DNA of 64,000 bases from positions 1,355-65,354 of IMG/VR virus record IMGVR_UViG_3300020470_006081, one strand, 5' to 3'. Both the position numbers and the translations under genes were made by a program. A model generated the notes under the pieces. It was not told the origin of the DNA. It ran no database searches and worked only from the letters and a program-made list of their open reading frames with translations. This DNA comes from a virus. Its lineage: Duplodnaviria; Caudoviricetes. Positions 42,730 to 49,513 of this stretch are shown in pieces (the first letter of the stretch is position 1; each line of letters opens with the position of its first letter).

Positions 42730-43645
42730 ATTTCATTAGTTCCTTCATTTTAAACAAGCCAATTTCTTTATGTTTACATTCTAGCATTACATCTAGATCT
42801 AGGTTATAAAGATTAATTGGCGTCCAATACGAATCTGAGTGAGCATTAGCACGAATTTTAGGATCATTATACTCTTCAGATCTAGATTGTGAATAGTGCA
42901 CAACTGGTTTAATGTCTTTCCAAGTCATGCATGCAGTTAGAAGCGCCTCTTCTTCGTCTTGACCACCAGTACAAAATTTGTGATGATGATAATCAAATAC
43001 AATTGGAATTCCAATTTGCTTGTAAATGTCATTATATAATTCTTTGGTGGAATATAGGCTAGCTTTATCATCATTTTCTACAGTCAAACGAGACTTAACT
43101 GCATCAGACAACCTATCAAAGTTACGACAGAAATTAGCAACAGCCATTGGTTTGTTATTATAGTGTGCGCCGACATGAATATTAATTTTAGCGTAGGGCG
43201 TACGTGGTAAGCCCATCAAATCAAAAATTCTACCATGATTTTCAAGATCTACTATAGTATTGGTAACTACATGCGCAGTAGGACTAGTCAGCTTGTTAAA
43301 GGGGCCCGGGTGCGTTGTAATTCTCTGACCATAAGACTTAGCTAAGTTGCCTGAGCGCTTTAAAGACGACGCAATTGCTTTAAAATCAGGCAGCTGTTCA
43401 AGCTCATACTCACTATGCCAAGGAGCAATATCTGATGACATACGATAAAACTTAATTCCGTTGTCTTCATTCCACTGAATAATTTTTTCAAGATCTAGAC
43501 AATTTTGAAGAGTTAGTTCTGACGCGTATGGTAAGCCTTTTTCATCAAAAGTTCTTCGAATCATCGATCGATTCGTAGTAATTCTTTTAGATTTGGGTAA
43601 ATTACTTAAGCCCATGTTGATACAAGCGTATCCTAAGTTGTACAT
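42719..43645 (-). CDS. uvsE: UV DNA damage endonuclease (UvsE/UvdE)
   Basis: LGYACIN, FYRMSS, THPGPF, NIHVG, LTVENDD, VFDYHHH, HSD, MLECKHKE; GGAGG SD. Confidence 0.93.
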   Translation of the reverse strand: MYNLGYACINMGLSNLPKSKRITTNRSMIRRTFDEKGLPYASELTLQNCLDLEKIIQWNEDNGIKFYRMSSDIAPWHSEYELEQLPDFKAIASSLKRSGNLAKSYGQRITTHPGPFNKLTSPTAHVVTNTIVDLENHGRIFDLMGLPRTPYAKINIHVGAHYNNKPMAVANFCRNFDRLSDAVKSRLTVENDDKASLYSTKELYNDIYKQIGIPIVFDYHHHKFCTGGQDEEEALLTACMTWKDIKPVVHYSQSRSEEYNDPKIRANAHSDSYWTPINLYNLDLDVMLECKHKEIGLFKMKELMKYEL

Positions 43646-43665
43646 ACAAATACCTCCATGTATGA

Positions 43666-44673
43666 TCAGCTAAGATTGTTTTTATTTCCAGAAAAATATA
43701 TTTCTTGTAATTCTTGTAATAATTCTGGTGTTTCTAATCTACCCATAATATAAGCACACATATCACTAATATCATCAAAATTATTAATTTCTTTTTGATC
43801 ATATAATGCATATGCCTTTACTTTGTCTAAAACATCAACTTTATTTAATACTAAATGAGTAATTCCATTAATATTGATAGATTTAATTAACCTATCAATG
43901 TCCAACCAATCACATTGTCGAGGTCGACCAGTTGTTGCTCCGTATTCTTCACCAACTTCTCTAATTTTTTTAAATATTTTATCATCTGGCTCAAAACTTT
44001 TCTGGCCAACATAAGTGTCGTAGACTTTTCCAACACCCCAGACATTTCGAACTGCATGTGCTGGAATGCTGTTGAGTAAAGCGCTCGCAGACGTACAGTG
44101 GCTGGACGTAACATATGGGTAATCACCCCAATCAATATCCAACTCAAAGCCTTGAGCACCCTCACATAAAATTTGTACATTATTTTCATTATTAAAAAAT
44201 TCCTCATAAAGATCGATCAAAAAAGGTCTAAGCTCTAGAGCATCTTTGGCGCGGAGTCCTGTACGATTATATTTATTTCTATAAGCTGGACCTGTGCCTT
44301 TTTTAGTCGTGCCAATCTTTTGATCTCTGCTATCTTCTTCTAGATGATCACGGGTAATAATATGACAATTTTTAGCAATTTTTACTAAAGAAGTATCGAT
44401 ACCAGCCTTTCTTAGTTGACTTAATTCATTAAAAAAATGTTGGACATTTAAAACACAACCATTTCCAATAATGCTAGTGATTCCATGAAACACTCCGGCT
44501 GGTATGTAATGTGTAATAAATTTTTGCCCGTTATGATAAATTGTATGACCGGCATTACCGCCACCATTAAATCTCAATACATGCGTATATTCACCCTTTG
44601 AGCAAAGATGGTGGGTAACTTTTCCTTTCGCTTCATCTCCATGTTGTAATCCAACAACAATATCTGCAATCAT
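43666..44673 (-). CDS. purA: adenylosuccinate synthetase (short, ~335 aa)
   Basis: QHGDEAKGK, GGGNAGHT, EGAQG, YPYVTSS, GATTGRPR. Start moved to ATG 44673 (AAGGA SD) because the track's extension overlaps the tRNA. Confidence 0.9.
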   Translation of the reverse strand: MIADIVVGLQHGDEAKGKVTHHLCSKGEYTHVLRFNGGGNAGHTIYHNGQKFITHYIPAGVFHGITSIIGNGCVLNVQHFFNELSQLRKAGIDTSLVKIAKNCHIITRDHLEEDSRDQKIGTTKKGTGPAYRNKYNRTGLRAKDALELRPFLIDLYEEFFNNENNVQILCEGAQGFELDIDWGDYPYVTSSHCTSASALLNSIPAHAVRNVWGVGKVYDTYVGQKSFEPDDKIFKKIREVGEEYGATTGRPRQCDWLDIDRLIKSININGITHLVLNKVDVLDKVKAYALYDQKEINNFDDISDMCAYIMGRLETPELLQELQEIYFSGNKNNLS

Positions 44674-44690
44674 TTTTTTTCCTTTATGTT

Positions 44691-44767
44691 TGGTTGGCCC
44701 AACGGGACTTGAACCCGTGACTCCCACTTTATAAGAATGGCGCTCTAACCTACTGAGCTATGGGCCA
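44691..44767 (-). tRNA. trnI: tRNA-Ile, anticodon UAU, encoded CCA
   Basis: Acceptor TGGCCCA/TGGGCCA+A+CCA; D arm GCTC/GAGC; anticodon arm CCATT-CTTATAA-AGTGG; T arm ACGGG-TTCAAGT-CCCGT. Confidence 0.93.
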
Positions 44768-44782
44768 TTATTTTACAGTATA

Positions 44783-44810
44783 ATTGTAAGCTCAGATTAA
44801 TGGTCGTAAA
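44783..44810 (-). promoter_or_regulatory. putative sigma70-type promoter for the tRNA-purA-uvsE unit
   Basis: TTTACG-16 nt-TACAAT, 15 nt before the tRNA and just after a terminator. Confidence 0.4.
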
Positions 44811-44844
44811 TAAAAAATCCCTAGTGAAAAATCACTAGGGATTT
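44808..44844 (-). terminator. rho-independent terminator
   Basis: Perfect 13-bp stem (44815-44827 / 44832-44844) with a 4-nt loop, followed by a U-rich tail on the - strand. Confidence 0.8.
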
Positions 44845-44855
44845 AGTTTAGCTAA

Positions 44856-44939
44856 TTAAAGAATATTCTTTTTAGCTAGTACCCAGCCGACAACTGCGCC
44901 GACAACACCGCACAAAGCGGGGACCAATAAGCTTTCCAT
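44856..44939 (-). CDS. 27-aa membrane peptide MESLLVPALCGVVGAVVGWVLAKKNIL (Fst/Ldr-like)
   Basis: Below the track's length cutoff. Strong AAAGGAGG SD, one TM helix, basic tail, directly followed by the terminator. Confidence 0.75.
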   Translation of the reverse strand: MESLLVPALCGVVGAVVGWVLAKKNIL

Positions 44940-44955
44940 AGAAAACCTCCTTTAG

Positions 44956-45153
44956 TTAGTCCAACAAAAGTTGGAGTTGGTTATTTGAATCCTCATTTAA
45001 TTTGCTTTCTTCTGAAAGTTCTTCATATTGAAGAGAGGCAAGATGAGGATATTTTTCAAATACTTGTGGTAGGGTCAAATTTTCTTCCACCTGAATTTTT
45101 TTTATTTTTTTTGCGACTTTTCCCACTTTTCTTTTCCTCCTTTTTTGGCTCAA
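44956..45153 (-). CDS. hypothetical protein (start uncertain)
   Basis: ORF filling the gap; overlaps the upstream gene. Confidence 0.45.
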   Translation of the reverse strand: MSQKRRKRKVGKVAKKIKKIQVEENLTLPQVFEKYPHLASLQYEELSEESKLNEDSNNQLQLLLD

Positions 45154-45337
45154 AGTCAGGATGTAATCTTATTTTTACTACAAATTTATTTTTAGAAGAC
45201 ATCCATCTTACTTTAACTTGCATGCCTTCATATATTGGATTTTCTTTCCAAATTCTAAGAAGCTTACCTCTAATATAATCTGCTTCTTCAAAGGTAGCAT
45301 GTGTACTCTCAATTTTCCATGGCTTATTTACACTCAA
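45056..45337 (-). CDS. hypothetical basic protein
   Basis: AGGAG SD and TTG start. Confidence 0.6.
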   Translation of the reverse strand: MSVNKPWKIESTHATFEEADYIRGKLLRIWKENPIYEGMQVKVRWMSSKNKFVVKIRLHPDFEPKKEEKKSGKSRKKNKKNSGGRKFDPTTSI

Positions 45338-45427
45338 TATTTTCTCCTTATAATATAGGCTGAGGACTGCATAAATAATATTATAATAACAAATAATAAA
45401 TAATTTAAATAAAATAAATTAATATTA

Positions 45428-45976
45428 TTATTTTCTTATTTGAATTATTGGATCACTAGCTTTTCTATTATTATAATTATAATACTCTATACGAGTACCA
45501 ACAGCTTTATCAACCCAATCAGTAGTAACACCCCAGTTAGCATCTTGATTTTTACCCATATGGTGATCATAATGCCATGGCAAATGTTTCTTACACCACT
45601 CAACATCTAAGTGAGCTTTTTTATGAATTTTAAAATATCTTATTGCACATACTATTAAAGTATAGTAAAATAAAGGTGATATTAATATTGTAGGAATATG
45701 TATTAACCCCAAAGCTAATAATCCTAAAATTTCTGACCTAACAGACACATCAAACATTCCTTTACTATAATCTGAATCGTAGTTATCATTTTTACGTGAG
45801 CTTCTATGATGCGCATGCCAGTGTGAAGCCCATCTACTTTTTTTATTTTTCCCCAATCTATGTAATACATATTTATGCAATACCCACTCTAAAATATGCG
45901 AATACATAATTGCAAGTGGGATGCACAAAAGATGCAACACTGCCAACAAGGTTACCCCATAGATTGGTACCTCCAA
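45428..45976 (-). CDS. fatty-acid hydroxylase / sterol desaturase superfamily membrane protein
   Basis: His boxes EWVLHKYVLH, HWHAHH, IHKKAH, HYDHH, then NWGV; TM helices. Start uncertain. Confidence 0.82.
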   Translation of the reverse strand: MEVPIYGVTLLAVLHLLCIPLAIMYSHILEWVLHKYVLHRLGKNKKSRWASHWHAHHRSSRKNDNYDSDYSKGMFDVSVRSEILGLLALGLIHIPTILISPLFYYTLIVCAIRYFKIHKKAHLDVEWCKKHLPWHYDHHMGKNQDANWGVTTDWVDKAVGTRIEYYNYNNRKASDPIIQIRK

Positions 45977-46009
45977 TCATAACTAGCAGATAATATTATA
46001 AAAAGCTGG

Positions 46010-46441
46010 CTATTTTAAAGAAGTTCTAATAAAACCACCTCGCCGAGCCGGCTTTTTATCAGGTCACTGCTCTTCTAAACCTTTTTTACCTCTATTAGCA
46101 TCATCTTCTTTTTGTTCACCATGCTCATCATCGCGCTTATGGCCATCTTGTTCTCCAATTATTTCTTCTCGTAATAAATTGCGAACAATTGTATTACCAA
46201 ATTTCATATCATAAACACCGATATCGCCATTCTCATTCAATGAATGCCAAAGTACCTTGCCGACAGCATCTTTGTCGGAGATTCCATATCTTTCTTGAAG
46301 GTCTGAACTCAGACGCCCTTCCTTCATTCACTTGTGGTTGATCTTCTCTAATTCACCTTCAAGTTCTTTTTTTCTTTTTTTATCAGCGTCAGTTAATTCT
46401 TCATTAACAAAACTTCTAAAATTTTCAAATAATTTTTTCAT
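46010..46441 (-). CDS. leader-bearing head protein; either separate ORFs (46328-46441, 46064-46327) or one 143-aa frame with two recoded UGA codons
   Basis: One continuous frame: MKKLFENFRSFVNE...INHK-UGA-MKEGRL...GLEEQ-UGA-PDKKPARRGGFIRTSLK-UAG. Confidence 0.55.
46026..46062 (-). other. SECIS-like hairpin 3' of UGA 46064-46066
   Basis: CUGAUAAA...CCG-G-CUC-[GGC]-GAG-G-UGG...UUUAUUAG; the loop G is nt 23 counting the U of UGA as 1. Confidence 0.4.
46296..46326 (-). other. SECIS-like hairpin 3' of UGA 46328-46330
   Basis: GAAG-GGC-GUCUG-[AGUU]-CAGAC-CUUC; loop G-U at nt 23-24. Confidence 0.5.
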
Positions 46442-46461
46442 TTTTTTACTCCTTAAGGACT

Positions 46462-46737
46462 TTATTCAACTTCTTCTTCTAAACTACCCCAACTCCATCC
46501 TTCATCATCAGCCTCTAAAGACTGTTTCAGGCCGGGGTCTTCTAAAGCTTTTTTTAGTCTTCTTTCTTCTTGTTCTCTACGTTTTCTTTCTTCTGTTTCT
46601 TTTTCTAGTTTTTGCAAGTGTCTTTCCATAGCACTAGTAATTTTTGGACTGAGAATTATTTCACGTGACTGTTCATTTAAGATTTTATTTAATTCTTCTT
46701 TAATAATTCGTTTTAATTGTAATTTTGTTATTTTCAT
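46462..46737 (-). CDS. putative head-internal protein, class A leader
   Basis: MKITKLQLKRIIKEELNKILNE. Confidence 0.65.
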   Translation of the reverse strand: MKITKLQLKRIIKEELNKILNEQSREIILSPKITSAMERHLQKLEKETEERKRREQEERRLKKALEDPGLKQSLEADDEGWSWGSLEEEVE

Positions 46738-46749
46738 AAAATTGACTCT

Positions 46750-47157
46750 TTAGTAAATATTACCTAACTTTTCTTTAATTCCTTTTATTATGTCTCCAGG
46801 CTTAACATTATTTTGATCAAACCATCCTTGATTCATTTCTAAGGCATATTGAGCTGGTCCCATTGACTTAATTGGCGACATACTATGTGGAGTCATATCT
46901 TCTATGTTTAAAATAGAGCCGTCACTATTAGCATATGCAATTGATAATGGAATTTGTGTATTTTTCATCCAAAAAGATCGATCTTTCTGGTCCGGAAAAC
47001 AAAAAAGCATGCCTGAATTATTATCTAAATTTTTTCTGTGCATCAAACCTTTTTTTATACTATCAGGGCTGTGAGATATTTCAACATTAATTGGCATCCC
47101 ATTAATTGATATAGTTTCATTTAAAAACATACGCCAACTTTCAAATAGTGTTTTCAT
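46750..47157 (-). CDS. DUF192-family protein with class B leader
   Basis: MKTLFESWRMFLNE, then GLMHRK...GMLF.F...FWMKNTQIPLSIAY...ALEMNQGWF. Confidence 0.85.
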   Translation of the reverse strand: MKTLFESWRMFLNETISINGMPINVEISHSPDSIKKGLMHRKNLDNNSGMLFCFPDQKDRSFWMKNTQIPLSIAYANSDGSILNIEDMTPHSMSPIKSMGPAQYALEMNQGWFDQNNVKPGDIIKGIKEKLGNIY

Positions 47158-47507
47158 TATTCTTCAGCCCAATCTCTACATGCTTGACCTTTTGGAGTAT
47201 TTGATTTAGCCCCCGCACAGCCATGTCTAGCTTTAAAAGATTTCTTTCTTTTTGTGTTGCCAGATTTTCCAGTAACACGTACGCCTTTCTGACCCCAGTG
47301 AATTCTTTTGTAACCTTTTCCATTTTTTTTAACACACTTCATCCACTTTTTACCTTTAGAAGTAGAAGATGCTTTTTTTGTTGGTCCAGTACATCTACTA
47401 GATTTTTTCTTTTTCTCTTCTAGAGAATCTTCTTGTAAATCTTCCTCAAGAACAGCTGCTAATTCTTCTTTGATAATTTGTTGTAATTGTGATCTTGTAA
47501 TTTTCAT
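47157..47507 (-). CDS. putative head-internal basic protein, class A leader
   Basis: MKITRSQLQQIIKEELAAVLEE; WGQKG...RKKSFKARHGC domain related to that of 50936-51562. Confidence 0.7.
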   Translation of the reverse strand: MKITRSQLQQIIKEELAAVLEEDLQEDSLEEKKKKSSRCTGPTKKASSTSKGKKWMKCVKKNGKGYKRIHWGQKGVRVTGKSGNTKRKKSFKARHGCAGAKSNTPKGQACRDWAEE

Positions 47508-47734
47508 TTCTTTTTTGATAAATCCTGAGTTTTTGTTTGAAGAATATTTGATTTAATAATAAATCTTAATATTCTTTTTAGTTCAGAGTCTTTAATGTTT
47601 TTATCTTTTGCTACTTTTTTAAGATAATTTAAATCTTTTTTTGATAAACCATGGCCCTCGTCTAGACGGCGATCTCTGTAATTCTTTAGTTCTTCTTTGA
47701 TAATTTGCTCTAATTGTAATTTTGTAATTTTCAT
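47504..47734 (-). CDS. putative head-internal protein, class A leader
   Basis: MKITKLQLEQIIKEEL...LDE. Confidence 0.65.
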   Translation of the reverse strand: MKITKLQLEQIIKEELKNYRDRRLDEGHGLSKKDLNYLKKVAKDKNIKDSELKRILRFIIKSNILQTKTQDLSKKK

Positions 47735-47737
47735 ATC

Positions 47738-48712
47738 TTAAGATCTCTTTTTTGGCTTTGTACTAACATTTTTAGCTTTGCCTTTCCGATCCGGATTAGG
47801 ATCTTCTTTGCGTTTTCTACGCGCTGCGCTTTCTTTTTCAGCTTTAGTCATGGTAGCAGCTTTTTCTGGTGACGCACATTTTGGTTTTGTTGTTTGCCCG
47901 GGCTGTCTTGCGCAGGGCTTTCCATCATACTTGCCGCCAATCTGTTCCCAGCCTTTTTGTCCATCACCATCTGCATCATCAAACCATGAACGTAAATTCT
48001 CTTCCTCTAACTCTTGTTTTAATAAGCCTTCTTTTGGTACGCAATTAGGCACCATTCGTCCGCCTTTTTTCTTCATACCAACTTGTTTGTGGGTATCCCA
48101 ACATGCTTCATCTAATACATTTTGTATTTCTTCTCTAATAATATCTTCTAGTGATAGAGATTCGTTCTTCCGTTTCTTCTTCTTTTTGCCACCAGTACCC
48201 CAGTTTTTAGCGCCTTTATTACGACATTTTACAAGAGCACCAGATGCATATGCGGATGGCCAAACTTTGTATCTTGCTTTGACTTTATAATAACAAGCAT
48301 CTCTTTTTTTTGCTTTCTTTTTTTTCTTCTTGCGTTTTTTACGTTTACGTTTTTCGTCAAGCGTTTCTTCCTGTGCTTCTAGAAAAATCTCAATACCTTC
48401 AGCAATTTCTTCTTTTGTAATGTTTATCTCTTTGCCATCAGCTGCAATGATATCTTTATGGTCATGAACTCCAATATCATTACTACCTTCAATAAATTCA
48501 TCAATAAAAGCATCTAGATCAAAACCATCGGGAAGTTCAACACCTTGTTTTTTTAAAAAAGGCTCAAGCTCTTCTGGATCTTTTAACATTTTACGACCAA
48601 TAGCACCACCTTCTTTAGCGATTAGATCTCTGGCCGCAGTCTCAACTTCTTTTTTAGAAGCTTCTTTATCTTCGTTTATGTATTTTCGCCAGTTTTCAAA
48701 TAATAATTTCAT
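47738..48712 (-). CDS. modular head-internal (poly)protein, class B leader
   Basis: MKLLFENWRKYINE; basic Cys-containing modules (DACYYKVK...WPSAYASGALVKC; CWDTHKQVG...VPNCVP; LRSWF...KPCAR...PKC). Confidence 0.7.
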   Translation of the reverse strand: MKLLFENWRKYINEDKEASKKEVETAARDLIAKEGGAIGRKMLKDPEELEPFLKKQGVELPDGFDLDAFIDEFIEGSNDIGVHDHKDIIAADGKEINITKEEIAEGIEIFLEAQEETLDEKRKRKKRKKKKKKAKKRDACYYKVKARYKVWPSAYASGALVKCRNKGAKNWGTGGKKKKKRKNESLSLEDIIREEIQNVLDEACWDTHKQVGMKKKGGRMVPNCVPKEGLLKQELEEENLRSWFDDADGDGQKGWEQIGGKYDGKPCARQPGQTTKPKCASPEKAATMTKAEKESAARRKRKEDPNPDRKGKAKNVSTKPKKRS

Positions 48713-48867
48713 TTACTATTTTTCCTTGCTATTCTCTTTATTTGTTTTTGTAGTTTTGTAACTTCTTGTTCTAGACTATCAAGTCTAATTTGTGTTGTAT
48801 AATAAAAACCACTCAATGTAGCTGTTATTGTTAGTAAAGTAATTAGTGTTTTTATGTCAAGTTTCAT
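48709..48867 (-). CDS. 52-aa TM + coiled-coil membrane protein (holin-like?)
   Basis: Manual translation MKLDIKTLITLLTITATLSGFYYTTQIRLDSLEQEVTKLQKQIKRIARKNSK; AAGG SD; ATGA-coupled to the next gene. Confidence 0.7.
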   Translation of the reverse strand: MKLDIKTLITLLTITATLSGFYYTTQIRLDSLEQEVTKLQKQIKRIARKNSK

Positions 48868-48878
48868 AAAAAAAACCT

Positions 48879-48914
48879 TTAAAATATAATCCAGTTTTCA
48901 AATAGTTTCTGCAT
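48879..48914 (-). pseudogene. truncated class B leader remnant MQKLFENWIIF*
   Basis: Copy of the start of gene 48927-49499 that ends after 11 codons. Confidence 0.6.
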
Positions 48915-49511
48915 ATTATTAAATAGTTAGTTTGATTCTAAATCAGGAGAGGTAACTGTTCTTTGATCGTAATTGGCTGATATAAAGTCTCGCAGAAGTT
49001 TATTAATATTAACATTCTGTAAAAGCGTCTCATCAGGAAGTTGCTTTAAACGATCAGATATAGTGTTCAAGAAATTATTCTCTACATCATTTGCAACGAT
49101 CGCTGATATCTCTGGATCTATTTGTAGTTGATCTAAACCAGTGCCAGTAATTTTTTCATCTGGTAATTTATATGCTTTTACAATTAATTCTCCTACAGAT
49201 GCTACTTGTGCAAGAGGAAATCCTAGTGCACTACCCAACGCTGTAAAAAATCCCCCTTTAGCAGCACCCGCAGCTGCTTGCTGTATTTCAGAAGATGCTT
49301 GCTGTTTTCTTTTTGCAGTTTTTGCTTTATTGATGATTCTTCTTAAATCACCGATTGTACGTACATTTAAATTACCTTGAACCGGCTCGCTCTCGATAGA
49401 ATTTGGATGTATAGAAGTTTCTGCTTCGTCTGGCAATCCATCATTATCTATATCTGCTTCGTTTAGGTATTTTCGCCAATTTTCAAATAGTTTCTGCATA
49501 TTATTAAATAG
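48895..49511. repeat. 32-bp exact direct repeat (48895-48926, 49480-49511) bracketing one gene
   Basis: TTTTCAAATAGTTTCTGCATATTATTAAATAG occurs twice; it covers the promoter-like motif, ATG and first leader codons. Confidence 0.92.
48927..49499 (-). CDS. putative head-internal protein, class B leader
   Basis: MQKLFENWRKYLNE, DIDNDG loop, hydrophobic Gly/Ala segment. Confidence 0.7.
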   Translation of the reverse strand: MQKLFENWRKYLNEADIDNDGLPDEAETSIHPNSIESEPVQGNLNVRTIGDLRRIINKAKTAKRKQQASSEIQQAAAGAAKGGFFTALGSALGFPLAQVASVGELIVKAYKLPDEKITGTGLDQLQIDPEISAIVANDVENNFLNTISDRLKQLPDETLLQNVNINKLLRDFISANYDQRTVTSPDLESN

Positions 49512-49513
49512 AA

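Noticed and set aside
43666-44673. PurZ (2-aminoadenine DNA) instead of PurA
   Set aside because: The catalytic Asp is retained (GDEAKG rather than GSxxKG) and the GATTGRPR loop is PurA-type; no Z-pathway partners are visible in the window.
44674-44727. N-terminal extension of PurA in the ORF track
   Set aside because: It overlaps the tRNA; ATG 44673 has an SD and matches where the family starts.
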